The notes beneath the pieces were generated by a model, which made no database searches, was not told where the DNA came from, and saw nothing but the letters and a program-made list of their open reading frames with translations. The translations under genes were made by a program, and so were the position numbers. Below, piece by piece: positions 1-8,894 of a stretch of 32,567 nt of DNA. Location of the stretch: positions 1 to 32,567 of the forward strand of contig JBKPQI010000020.1 of NCBI GenBank assembly GCA_046733975.1. Direction: 5' to 3'. Source of the stretch: Verrucomicrobiota bacterium (GTDB taxonomy: Bacteria; Verrucomicrobiota; Verrucomicrobiia; Chthoniobacterales; UBA10450). The first letter of the stretch is position 1; the number at the start of each line of letters is the position of its first letter.

Positions 1-46
1 AAAAATGTTATTGCCCTGCTCGTTGCTTCGGTTTTAATCAGCGGTC

Positions 47-328
47 ATGCCGAAAACCAAAGCTAAAAAGTCCAAACGCAAGCCGAACGCCGCATTCATG
101 CGCCCCGTCCAGCCTGATGATAAACTCTCTGCCATCGTTGGTTCGAAACCGCTCCCGCGTTCCGAGCTCACCAAAAAACTGTGGGACTACATCAAGAAAC
201 ACGGTTGCCAGGATAAAAAGAAGCGAACCCAGATTAATGCCGATGACGCGCTTCGTCCCGTTTTTAACGGCAAGAGTCAGGTCAGCATGTTCGAGATGAC
301 CAAGCTGGTCTCCGGGCACATTAAGTAA
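47..328 (+). CDS. SWIB/MDM2-domain protein with basic N-terminal tail
   Basis: 93-aa ORF. The lysine-rich N-terminus MPKTKAKKSKRK is followed by PDDKLSAIVGSKPLPRSELTKKLWDYIKKHGCQD...MFEMTKLVSGHI, which matches the SWIB/MDM2 fold pattern seen in Chlamydiae/Verrucomicrobia small proteins. The antisense ORF 38..406 has no recognisable features. Confidence 0.8.
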   Translation: MPKTKAKKSKRKPNAAFMRPVQPDDKLSAIVGSKPLPRSELTKKLWDYIKKHGCQDKKKRTQINADDALRPVFNGKSQVSMFEMTKLVSGHIK

Positions 329-342
329 AGTCTTTTGGTGGG

Positions 343-367
343 AGCCCGGTGTTTGCCGCGCCGGGCT
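343..367 (+). terminator. Possible terminator hairpin downstream of the SWIB gene
   Basis: Stem agcccgg/ccgggct is 7 bp with an 11-nt loop and lies 15 nt after the stop codon. A second perfect 14-nt palindrome ggcttgcgcaagcc at 396..409 is followed by cttcttt. Neither has a strong T-tract. Confidence 0.3.
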
Positions 368-433
368 TCCGTCTTCCCGAACGGCAGCGGAGTGAGGCTT
401 GCGCAAGCCGCTTCTTTGGCGGAAACTTGTGAG

Positions 434-874
434 GTGAAGAAGCTGTTCCTCCTGAGCTGCGTCGTTTTCCTTTGCTGTGGCTCCGTCCGGGCCGCGGCCA
501 ACTGGCTGACGGATTATGAAGCAGCCAAAGCGAAGGCGAAATCAGACCACAAGCTGGTGCTGCTCAATTTCACCGGCTCGGATTGGTGTGGCTATTGCAA
601 GCACATGGAGGCGGACATTTTTTCCAAACCGCAATTTCAGGATTACGCGGCCAAAAACCTGGTGTTGGTGGAATTGGATTTTCCGCGGTTCAAACAGCAA
701 AGCGACGAAGTGCGAAAGCAGAACATGAAGCTGGCGAGCGAGTATGACATCGAAGCTTTCCCGACGCTGATTGTGCTGAGCCCGGAAGGGAAACCGGTAG
801 CCAACATCATGGGCTACATCGAAGGTGGCCCGGAACCACTGATCGCTGCGCTGGAAAAGCTGCGCAAGAGTTAG
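434..874 (+). CDS. Secreted thioredoxin-fold protein (CxxC: WCGYC)
   Basis: The ORF is open from 335, but the in-frame GTG at 434 gives a classic signal peptide, (V/M)KKLFLLSCVVFLCCGSVRAAA. This is followed by LLNFTGSDWCGYCKHMEADIF and FPTLIVLSPEGKP, typical of thioredoxin-like (DUF255/TlpA-like) proteins. The start codon is uncertain. Confidence 0.8.
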   Translation: MKKLFLLSCVVFLCCGSVRAAANWLTDYEAAKAKAKSDHKLVLLNFTGSDWCGYCKHMEADIFSKPQFQDYAAKNLVLVELDFPRFKQQSDEVRKQNMKLASEYDIEAFPTLIVLSPEGKPVANIMGYIEGGPEPLIAALEKLRKS

Positions 875-985
875 CAAGCGTTGCCCAACGCATCTGTTAG
901 CCGCTTCGCTGTGCGAAGCGCGCGCCGCTCACAGAGCGACGGCTGTAGCTAAATGCGCAAGAGCTACCCGCCCTTAGGCTTTTCG

Positions 986-1088
986 GTCATCCCGAGCGTA
1001 GTCGGGGGATCCCGTTTAAGCTTTCGCCGTGGATCCCTCCCGCCTTCGCATGAAACTACGGCGTGGCAGGCGATCCGTTCGGAATGAC
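986..1088. repeat. Palindromic element copy A (composite/degenerate)
   Basis: Left arm is gtcatcccgagcgtagtcgggggatccc. There is an internal ggatccctcccgccttcgcatgaa, and the terminal arm is cgatccgttcggaatgac. It lies in the convergent gap between the thioredoxin-like gene and the histidine kinase and ends 3 nt from the kinase stop codon. Confidence 0.75.
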
Positions 1089-1090
1089 CG

Positions 1091-2971
1091 TTATGCCCGC
1101 GCGCGCTGCAGCACTTCCGCCAGGTCGCGACGCGTAAATGGTTTCGGCAGCGCGCCGCGGAATCCATATTGGAGAAACTCCGCCAGGGCGGCTTCGTCCG
1201 AGTACCCGCTACAAATAATGGCCACAACACTCGGATCGATGTTGCGTAGTCGCGCGATCGTGGCCAGGCCACCCATCCCGCCACGGATGGTCGCATCCAA
1301 AATCACCGCCTGAAAATTCTCACCGCGACGCATGGCGCGCTCGTAAGTGTTAATCGCTTCGACGCCGTCGCTCACGGCCGTCACTTCGTAACCAAGTGTG
1401 TTCAGCAATTGTGACGTCAGCTCACGAATGCCTTCCTCGTCATCCATCACGAGGATGCGTTGTAACGCCGACGGAATTCCTGGGCCGTTGCCCATCGACT
1501 TGATGATGGCCGGTTCCGCCCCGGCCGCTGGAAGGTAAAAGGCGAAAACCGCACCGGCCGATGACGATTGCTCCAGATGCAACATACCCCCGTGTTTCTT
1601 CACGATGGAAAAGCTAATGGAAAGTCCGAGTCCGCTGCTCACCGGTTTGGTCGTGAAATAGGGATCGAAAATCTTCGTTGCGATATCGGCTGGAATGCCG
1701 CCGCCGTGATCTGCAATGGCTACTTTGACGTAACGGCCACCGGGCAGGACGGCACCGGGTTTGTTGTCCAGTTCGACATTGCGCGCCAGAATATCCACTG
1801 TTCCGCCTGCAGGCATGGCTTCACGCGCATTAATCATGAGCGCGTTGATCACCTGCTCGATTTGGGTGGGATCGACCTCGGTCGGCCAAAGATCGGGCGG
1901 AATATCCATTTCGGCACGTAAGCTCGATCCATGCAGGGAAAAATGAGCTGATTTCGCCAACAATTCGGACATGCGTACAATTTTCTTCACTGGCGAACCT
2001 CCCTTGGAAAAAGTCAGCAGCTGACTCGACATGTGCGCCGCTTCCTGCGCCGCCTGCGATGCTTTAGCCAGACAGCCGAGCAGATTCTTCTCTTCCGGCG
2101 GTGCTTCGAGCTGGGCCAAGCCAATGTTGCCGGAGATGACGGTCAAAATGTTATTCAGGTCGTGGGCAATACCGCCAGCCAATGTTCCTAACGACTCGAT
2201 CTTGCCTTTGGTCAACCGATCATCTTCCGCGCGTTTACGTTCAGTCACATCGCGAAAGAATGCCGAGACTCCGCCACCGCTTGGATAAGCATGAACTTCA
2301 AACCATCTTGTGCCGTTTGCCTGACATGCCTCGAACTCGACCGGCGCCTGATTCGCCATCACCTGACGATAGTTTTCTTCGAACGGCGTGTTCCCGAGTT
2401 CCGGAAATTTCTGCCAAAGTTCGCCCCCGAGAAGTTCCTTGCGCGCGCGGCCGAACAACCTCTCCGCCTGCGGGTTCACATACGTGAATCGCCACGCATA
2501 ATCCAGGGCAAAGAAACCGTCGGTCGTGTTCTCGAGAATGTCGGTCAATGTCCGGGCCGATTGTTGCAGAGCGACCCGTGCCTGGTTGCGCTCGGTCAAA
2601 TCACGAATTTGCCGTTCTGCCACAGCCAGCCGAACATTCAGAAGGGCGAGATCAATCGGCTTGGTCAGGTAATCATTCCCCCCGGCCTCCAGCGCCATCT
2701 CTAAATCTGCGTGATCGGCTTTCGCCGTCACCAGAAGAATGAACATTTCGTCGCCGTCGTGCCGACCCCGTAAGTCGCGACACAAATCCACGCCACTCTT
2801 TCCCGGCAATACCCAGTCGAGGATGAGGAATGGGAAATTTTCGGTGGCCAGGGCCCGCTCCGCTTCCTCAGCGGTAGCCACCTGCGTCACTTTATGTCCA
2901 CGCATTGCGATCAGCCGGCTGAGCGTTTGCCGGCTGTCGTCCTGGTCCTCAACAAGAAGAATATTCATCAA
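1091..2971 (-). CDS. Hybrid sensor histidine kinase/response regulator (REC-PAS-HisKA-HATPase-REC)
   Basis: - 626 aa
- N-terminal receiver: ILLVEDQDD...LILDWVLPGKSG...TKP
- PAS-like region: FFALDYAWRFTYVNPQAERLFG
- H-box: AGGIAHDLNNILTVISG
- ATPase motifs: DHGGGIP and GLGLSISFSIV
- C-terminal receiver: ILVMDDEEGIREL...VILDATIRGGMGG...KPF. Confidence 0.92.
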   Translation of the reverse strand: MMNILLVEDQDDSRQTLSRLIAMRGHKVTQVATAEEAERALATENFPFLILDWVLPGKSGVDLCRDLRGRHDGDEMFILLVTAKADHADLEMALEAGGNDYLTKPIDLALLNVRLAVAERQIRDLTERNQARVALQQSARTLTDILENTTDGFFALDYAWRFTYVNPQAERLFGRARKELLGGELWQKFPELGNTPFEENYRQVMANQAPVEFEACQANGTRWFEVHAYPSGGGVSAFFRDVTERKRAEDDRLTKGKIESLGTLAGGIAHDLNNILTVISGNIGLAQLEAPPEEKNLLGCLAKASQAAQEAAHMSSQLLTFSKGGSPVKKIVRMSELLAKSAHFSLHGSSLRAEMDIPPDLWPTEVDPTQIEQVINALMINAREAMPAGGTVDILARNVELDNKPGAVLPGGRYVKVAIADHGGGIPADIATKIFDPYFTTKPVSSGLGLSISFSIVKKHGGMLHLEQSSSAGAVFAFYLPAAGAEPAIIKSMGNGPGIPSALQRILVMDDEEGIRELTSQLLNTLGYEVTAVSDGVEAINTYERAMRRGENFQAVILDATIRGGMGGLATIARLRNIDPSVVAIICSGYSDEAALAEFLQYGFRGALPKPFTRRDLAEVLQRARA

Positions 2972-3245
2972 GCGATTCTGGCGCTAGTATGGCCTCGCGG
3001 CCCTGATGCCGAAGCTCCATCCCTAACGCCGATTCCGCTTCCTCGAAGCAGCAAATTGATTGCCAAGGCCGAGTGTTCGCGCGCTCCGCAACATAGGCAT
3101 TTGGTCCAACCAGCCGGCAACCTGGCAGGCCAAACGACACGGCCTCAACGCCTGTTCGGCGTCCAACCTCGCGACATCACGTTCTCATTGGCAGCCACTT
3201 GTATGCCTGCAAAAATAAGGCAATCTGTCCGCGCTTCCTTGTGTC

Positions 3246-4031
3246 ATGATGCGAAGATTCCGCACCCTCCTGTTTCTCATTCCGGCGACCGTGCTATGGG
3301 CGCAGGAACCTTCGCTTTCGCCGGCGGCAAAACCGAAAAGTTCGCCCGCGCCGGAAGCGAGAACGACTGTCAGTTCCGTCCATGTGGACGGGCCCCACAT
3401 TGCGCTCACCTTTGACGACGGGCCAAACCAAAAATTGACCCCGCGCCTGCTCGATCTGCTGGCGGAACATCACATCCACGTGACCTTTTTCGTGGTGGGA
3501 GAAAATGTGGTAGAGCACCCCGAAATCCTGCAACGCGCAATTCGCGAAGGCCATGAGATCGGTAATCACAGCTGGTCGCATCCCAACCTCGCCAAAATGT
3601 CCGATGAAAACGTTCGCAGTCAGATCAAACGCACGGAAGAAGCGATCACGAACGCGATTGGTTCCAGGCCCACTTTATTTCGTCCGCCTTACGGCTCCGT
3701 CACCCCGCACCAAAAGCATTTCATTCACGACGAACTTGGTTACGAAATTATTTTGTGGGAGGTCGATCCGCTCGACTGGAAAAATCCGGGTCCAAATGTC
3801 GTTAGCAGCCGGATCCTGAAGGAGACGCATCCGGGATCCATCGTCCTCGCGCATGACATTCACGCACAAACCATTCAAGCCATGCCGCAGACATTAAGTG
3901 AGCTGGAAGCAAAGGGATTCAAGTTCGTGACCGTTTCGGAATTGTTGAAACTGGAGACTCCGATACCGCCGCCCACGCCAAAGCCGGTCGCGACGCCAGT
4001 AAGCACACCGCCGCCCTCGCCGACGCCGTAG
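3246..4031 (+). CDS. Secreted polysaccharide deacetylase (NodB homology domain) with Pro/Thr-rich tail
   Basis: Signal peptide is MMRRFRTLLFLIPATVLWAQE. NodB motifs are ALTFDDGP, VTFFVVGENV, HEIGNHSWSHP, LFRPPYG and IVLAHD. The C-terminal tail is PIPPPTPKPVATPVSTPPPSPTP. Confidence 0.88.
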   Translation: MMRRFRTLLFLIPATVLWAQEPSLSPAAKPKSSPAPEARTTVSSVHVDGPHIALTFDDGPNQKLTPRLLDLLAEHHIHVTFFVVGENVVEHPEILQRAIREGHEIGNHSWSHPNLAKMSDENVRSQIKRTEEAITNAIGSRPTLFRPPYGSVTPHQKHFIHDELGYEIILWEVDPLDWKNPGPNVVSSRILKETHPGSIVLAHDIHAQTIQAMPQTLSELEAKGFKFVTVSELLKLETPIPPPTPKPVATPVSTPPPSPTP

Positions 4032-4281
4032 CCTCGCCCAGCGGTTAGTCCCGTATCATGGAACCCTCGTACGGATATGGTCAAACGTCTTTAGCGTTGC
4101 GGCGCGAAGGTTTATCTGGGGAGCGCACGCGGCTCGCGTGCAACCGCGAGTCCGGCTCGGACCGAGGGCGCAGCCGCCATCGCCGACTTTTCCCCGCATG
4201 GGAAACAATGGCATCTCTGACTGGCATACCACGCGACCCGCCGACATCGCGTCAAATACTTAAATTGCGCTAGTTTCAGAC

Positions 4282-6012
4282 ATGATCGCCGATCATTATC
4301 TGCAGCTTCGAACCGACCTCGAAACTGCATTAATCCGCTTGCTGAGACTCGGGGCCGACCTGCAACGCAGCCCGGCGTCGTTGGAGACGCTCCATTCCCT
4401 TCTCACCGATATCCGGCAGCCGCTTCTTTTTGTTGTAGTCGGCGAAGTGAAAGCGGGAAAGTCCTCGCTCCTTAATGCTCTCTTCGGACACGAATTCGCG
4501 AAGACCGGCGTCCTTCCGGCCACCGACCGGGTTTGTATTTTTCGGTATGGCGAAGTGGAAAAGACCGTCGACGTCTCACCCCAATTGATCGAACGTTTTT
4601 TGCCGATCGATTTCCTGCACAATTTTAACGTGGTTGATACTCCCGGCACGAATACCATGGTGGCGGAGCACCAGCGCATTACCGAGGAATTCGTTCCGCG
4701 CGCCGATCTCGTGCTCTTTGTTTTTTCGGTGGTGAATCCCTGGACGCAATCGGCGTGGGATTTTCTCGCCTTCATACAGAAACGCTGGCTAAAGAATATC
4801 GTTTTCGTTTTGCAACAAGCTGATCTGCGCGAACCGGAGGAGATCGCGGTCATCCGCCGTCATTTACAGGACACTGCGCTGCAGAAACTCGGGAGCGTGC
4901 CGCCAATCTTTGCGGTTTCGGCACGGCAGGCCCTACTCGCGCGCACCGGGGCCCCGAACGCCGCCAGCCTCGAGGAAAAAAGTGAAATTGTTCCTTTAGA
5001 GCAGCATATCGATTTGATCATGGCTGATAGCAGCGCGCATGCGATCAAGTTGCGCTCGGCCTGGCAAACGGCGCAGATTGTTTTGCGCGAAATCGCATCC
5101 GAAGTACGCGAAGCCTTTCGTGTCATCACTCAGGATGAAGAGCGGTTCGACCGACTGATGCAGTTTCTACAGGCACGGAAAGAGCAAACACTGCGGCAGG
5201 TCCACGGATTCGTTCGCGGTATCGATCAGGCATGTCGCGACAGCGCTGCCCAGGGAACCCGATTTTTGGAGAACAAGCTGACGTTCTGGACCACTTTGAA
5301 CATGATCTGGCGACGCGATTACTGGCAGCGTGATTTGCAGGGCGAAATGGAAACAAAACTTCGGCAGGTGGTGCAGCCGCAAATCGAGAACGCCATCCAG
5401 CTGCTCGAAGCCGATCTGCGTGGGATTTGGCCACAGCTCCACGACATGATCGAAACCCATTTTGCCGCTGACGTAAAATCGCAGGCGCCGCGCACGCCGC
5501 CGGATTTTGCCCGGCAACGCCGTGAGCTGTTGCAGTCGATTCAACTCACTTTAGCCGAGCGCAGCGGCGGAGATGTCATCGAAGAACAATTGGGAACAAT
5601 ATTTCGGGAAACGTCGAATCGTCTGCGCATCCCGGCGGGAGTGGCGGCAGCTGGCGGTCTGGTGACGCTGGTGGCCGCGATGAGTAGCGCCGCGATCGCG
5701 GACGTGACCGGCGTGCTGGCGGCTTCAGCCGCCATCGTTGGAACTTTCCTCGCCCGCCGGCAGCGTGCAAAAATTTTGCGCGTTTACGCTGAACAAATGG
5801 AGGCGAAACGGAACGAAATGGTGACTGCAATTGAGAATCAGATTTCGCACGCGATCGATCTGTTCTATGGCGAAATGAATGCCGCGGTCCAGCCGCTGAC
5901 CGCTTTCTGCACAGCCCAGCGCACGCATTACAAAGGATTGGTTGATCGAATCGACGAGCTCGACACCACATTCGAAAAATTGCGCCCGCGGGTGACGGGA
6001 AGTGGCGACTAG
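4282..6012 (+). CDS. Dynamin-family (bacterial dynamin-like) GTPase with C-terminal hydrophobic hairpin
   Basis: 576 aa. P-loop is VVVGEVKAGKSSLLNALFG, the G3 motif is VVDTPGTN, and the G4-like motif is VLQQADL. A long helical region follows, then the hydrophobic stretch IPAGVAAAGGLVTLVAAMSSAAIADVTGVLAASAAIVGTFLA near the C-terminus. Confidence 0.75.
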   Translation: MIADHYLQLRTDLETALIRLLRLGADLQRSPASLETLHSLLTDIRQPLLFVVVGEVKAGKSSLLNALFGHEFAKTGVLPATDRVCIFRYGEVEKTVDVSPQLIERFLPIDFLHNFNVVDTPGTNTMVAEHQRITEEFVPRADLVLFVFSVVNPWTQSAWDFLAFIQKRWLKNIVFVLQQADLREPEEIAVIRRHLQDTALQKLGSVPPIFAVSARQALLARTGAPNAASLEEKSEIVPLEQHIDLIMADSSAHAIKLRSAWQTAQIVLREIASEVREAFRVITQDEERFDRLMQFLQARKEQTLRQVHGFVRGIDQACRDSAAQGTRFLENKLTFWTTLNMIWRRDYWQRDLQGEMETKLRQVVQPQIENAIQLLEADLRGIWPQLHDMIETHFAADVKSQAPRTPPDFARQRRELLQSIQLTLAERSGGDVIEEQLGTIFRETSNRLRIPAGVAAAGGLVTLVAAMSSAAIADVTGVLAASAAIVGTFLARRQRAKILRVYAEQMEAKRNEMVTAIENQISHAIDLFYGEMNAAVQPLTAFCTAQRTHYKGLVDRIDELDTTFEKLRPRVTGSGD

Positions 6013-6195
6013 TATTGCATCGAGGCAACCCAGAGCGACGCAATAACTCTGCCAAAAACAACGAACGGCTGTTTAACTGTGCGCTCCAATGCGGGCATCT
6101 TATTGGATGATCTATGAATCCACATCGCTGTCTCCGCGGTTCAGGATGACACCGGCGGGCCGATTACAGCGCGTTGATGCCAAACGCCTTCGAAC

Positions 6196-7023
6196 CTACC
6201 GCGAGGTGCCGTTGCTCTGCTGAACAAGCCGCGCTTCGGCCTGGCGCTTGGCGATGACGAAATGGTTGTTGTCGCCATAAGTGCGCCACGGACCGGGCGG
6301 AACATCGCGCACTTCGACAAATTGCCAGTCGGTTACGTCGGTGGGGCCAAGACCTAAATAATCGCGCACCGCTGGCGAGACATCGAGACCTGCGCCGTGA
6401 TTCAAATTCGGCTTCGGCCGTTCATTCTGGAAAACGTATTGGAAATGGTCCGTGCGGAATGGCCCGCAGTCTTCCCACTGCGCATAGCAAACACGGTTGC
6501 CCTTGCGTATTGCCAGCCAGCGATCTTTGCAAACCGAATGGCCCGGCTCAGTGTAGGCCGTCCTGAACCACGGAATGACCAGTGGCGCCTCCGGCTTGAA
6601 TTGGCCATGCGTGACGTCGTTGTAAGGGAGCGCGCAATAAAATGGATTCTGCCGCGGGACAAAGGACGCGGGAATGTAATTCCGGCGTGAGGAAGGATCG
6701 GGCGAATCGAAACCGCCATAATTTGACGTCCAGTTCGCGTCCCAGGCGCTCTTATAATTAGGCACCGGATTGTTCCCGCCGGCTTGTTCGCCCACCCAAA
6801 AGACCGTGGTGACAATGTTCGCCTTCCACGGGTAGCGCGTGGTGGTGCTGGTGCGCGAGGCGGTCGGGACGAAGACTTGGGGCTCGACTTTCAGCAGCGC
6901 CTGCTCACGCAATTTGCGCGCATATTTAGCGAAATCCGCTGCACTCTCGTAGGGGGATTGGGCCAAAGCGATAGCCCCTGTCCCGAGGAGCGCTAGAATA
7001 AGGGGGGTAAATCCTATTCTCAT
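6196..7023 (-). CDS. Secreted conserved hypothetical protein, possibly RlpA/barwin-like double-psi beta-barrel fold
   Basis: Signal peptide is MRIGFTPLILALLGTGAIALAQS. The segment WLAIRKGNRVCYAQWEDCGPF...GAGLDVSPAVRDYLGLGPTDVTDWQFVEV resembles the DPBB pattern (x-V-x-D-x-GP ... iDlSpaa...lG...V-W). The fold call is inference only. Confidence 0.6.
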   Translation of the reverse strand: MRIGFTPLILALLGTGAIALAQSPYESAADFAKYARKLREQALLKVEPQVFVPTASRTSTTTRYPWKANIVTTVFWVGEQAGGNNPVPNYKSAWDANWTSNYGGFDSPDPSSRRNYIPASFVPRQNPFYCALPYNDVTHGQFKPEAPLVIPWFRTAYTEPGHSVCKDRWLAIRKGNRVCYAQWEDCGPFRTDHFQYVFQNERPKPNLNHGAGLDVSPAVRDYLGLGPTDVTDWQFVEVRDVPPGPWRTYGDNNHFVIAKRQAEARLVQQSNGTSR

Positions 7024-7198
7024 TAGGGGTGGCCTTTCCTATCCGAAAACATGCCTGCAGGCAAGGGATTTTGTCCTTTTTGAGGAAGCCTTTCCTAGCG
7101 GGCTACTTACATATGCCAGCATCAACCGTTCCAAGTATTTAGACGAGTTGGCTTTCAAATCTGGCGCTGCCGCAACCTCCTAACCTGAATCAAAGAAC

Positions 7199-7222
7199 AG
7201 CCACTTTTCCCCCAGCGTGGCT
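7199..7222 (-). terminator. Possible rho-independent terminator after nadB
   Basis: On the minus strand the stem is agccac/gtggct with a 12-nt loop, beginning 6 nt after the nadB stop. It is followed by gttctttg. Confidence 0.35.
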
Positions 7223-7227
7223 AGGAT

Positions 7228-8823
7228 TTACCCGCGAGAAACGACGGTGTCGTGCCGGAAATGAACTTCATCCGTCTCTGGGTAATCGAGCGTGTAATGC
7301 AGGCCGCGACTCTCCTTTCGCAGCAGTGCGCTATCGACAATCAATGCCGCGACCGTGGCCAGATTCCGCAATTCCAGCAAATCGACTGATACCTTGAAAT
7401 TCCAGTAAAACTCGCCGATCTCGCGCTGCAGATTGCGTAAACGCGAGGCAGCCCGCTGCAGGCGTTTGTCGCTGCGCACGACCCCGACGTAATCCCACAT
7501 CAAGCGCCGGATCTCATCCCAGTTATGGTAAATGACGACCAGCTCGTCAACGTCCTGCACATCGCCCGACACCCATTCGGGCAATGCGATTTGATGGTCT
7601 TGTTCCCGCGGAAATTCCCGCACCATCGCCTCGGCCGCGCGGCGCGCCACTACCACACCTTCGAGCAAGGAATTGCTGGCCAGCCGATTTGCGCCGTGCA
7701 AGCCGGTGCAGCCAACTTCGCCGATGGCAAATAACCCACGCAGACTGCTCGCGCCATTCACATCGGTTTTAATCCCACCGCATTGGTAATGAGCCGCCGG
7801 CACCACTGGAATCGGCTGCCGGCTCATGTCGATCCCAAGTTGCGAACAAGTCTCGAAAATGTGCGGAAAGCGTTCGCGCAAAAAAGATTCGGGTTTCTGC
7901 GTGATGTCGAGGTAAACGCATTGCGCGCCGCTGCGTTTGATTTCGGCGTCGATCGCGCGCGCCACTACATCACGGGGCGCGAGCGACCCACGCGGATGAT
8001 ATCGCGGCATGAAATCCTGTCCCCGGCTGTCGCGTAAAATTCCGCCTTCGCCACGCACCGCCTCGGAAATCAAAAACGACCGTTGCTCTGCATGAAAAAG
8101 ACAGGTCGGATGAAATTGCACGAACTCCATGTTTGCGATGGCAACTCCTGCGCGCCATGCCATCGCTACGCCGTCCCCGGTCGCGACCGCCGGATTGGTG
8201 GTATAGAGATAGACTTTGCCGCATCCGCCCGTGGCCAGTACGACACGATCCGTTCGAACGGTTTCGACTTCCCCGGTTTTTTCATCAAGGGAATAAAGAC
8301 CAAGACATCGGTCTTCCGTCGCAAACCCCAGTTTGGCCGCGGTGATCAAATCGATGGCGGTGTGATTTTCCATCAATTGCACTCGAGGCGACTGACCCAG
8401 CGCGGCCAACAGTTTGTTTTCGATCTCGCGTCCGGTTACATCCTGCACATGTAAGACGCGGCGCTTCGAGTGTCCGCCTTCACGGCCAAGGTCGAGTTCG
8501 CGATGGCCCGAAACTTCCCGCTCATCAAAATGCACGCCCACTTCCATCAGTTCCCGGATCGCTTCCGGACCTTCGGTTACGATCGTGCGGACCACCTTTT
8601 CATCGCACAGCCCTGCGCCCGCCTCGAGGGTGTCGCGTACGTGTAGCTCGAATGAATCTTCGTCGCTCGTGACGCAGGCGATTCCACCCTGCGCCCAGGC
8701 TGTGTTGCTATCTGCACCCTTGCGTTTGGTAATCACTGCCACGGAACCATGTTGCGCCGCTTTCAAGGCAAAGCTCAGGCCTGCGATCCCGCTTCCCACG
8801 ACAACGAAATCGAACTCTCTCAC
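7228..8823 (-). CDS. nadB: L-aspartate oxidase
   Basis: 531 aa. FAD-binding N-terminus is FDFVVVGSGIAGLSFAL. Family-typical segments are AQGGIA, HSKRRVLHV, LATGGCGKVY..TTNP, FVQFHPT, ISEAVRGEGG and GGIKTD..G.SSLRGLFAIGEV.CTGLHGANRLASNSLLE. Confidence 0.93.
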   Translation of the reverse strand: MREFDFVVVGSGIAGLSFALKAAQHGSVAVITKRKGADSNTAWAQGGIACVTSDEDSFELHVRDTLEAGAGLCDEKVVRTIVTEGPEAIRELMEVGVHFDEREVSGHRELDLGREGGHSKRRVLHVQDVTGREIENKLLAALGQSPRVQLMENHTAIDLITAAKLGFATEDRCLGLYSLDEKTGEVETVRTDRVVLATGGCGKVYLYTTNPAVATGDGVAMAWRAGVAIANMEFVQFHPTCLFHAEQRSFLISEAVRGEGGILRDSRGQDFMPRYHPRGSLAPRDVVARAIDAEIKRSGAQCVYLDITQKPESFLRERFPHIFETCSQLGIDMSRQPIPVVPAAHYQCGGIKTDVNGASSLRGLFAIGEVGCTGLHGANRLASNSLLEGVVVARRAAEAMVREFPREQDHQIALPEWVSGDVQDVDELVVIYHNWDEIRRLMWDYVGVVRSDKRLQRAASRLRNLQREIGEFYWNFKVSVDLLELRNLATVAALIVDSALLRKESRGLHYTLDYPETDEVHFRHDTVVSRG

Positions 8824-8894
8824 GAGTTGTTAGCTGCGGCGCTCTGTCGTCGCGTCCCCTCGACGATCCATATTTGCACTGCCATCAGATCTCT

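Noticed and set aside
113-141. Hammerhead-like CUGAUGA...GAAAC and tRNA T-arm-like GGTTCGAAACC strings
   Set aside because: They fall inside the SWIB CDS. The intervening sequence cannot form the required stem II or an acceptor/anticodon structure, so these are chance matches. A similar CTGATGAG at ~9027 inside panC also lacks the GAAA core.
38-406. 122-aa minus-strand ORF overlapping the SWIB gene
   Set aside because: It is antisense to a CDS with a clear domain signature. Its sequence is Arg/Gly-rich and featureless, so it is a typical shadow ORF in GC-rich DNA.
964-1313. ORFs 964..1296 (-) and 1029..1313 (+) spanning repeat copy A and the 3' end of the histidine kinase
   Set aside because: Both are translated largely from the palindromic repeat and from frames overlapping the well-supported kinase. 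They have no motifs and a biased Arg/Ser/Pro composition.
4058-4330. ORFs 4058..4273 (+) and 4112..4330 (-) in the deacetylase/dynamin spacer
   Set aside because: They are mutually overlapping, Arg-rich and built on hairpin or repeat fragments, including the 20-mer shared with copy F. There is no start context or family resemblance.
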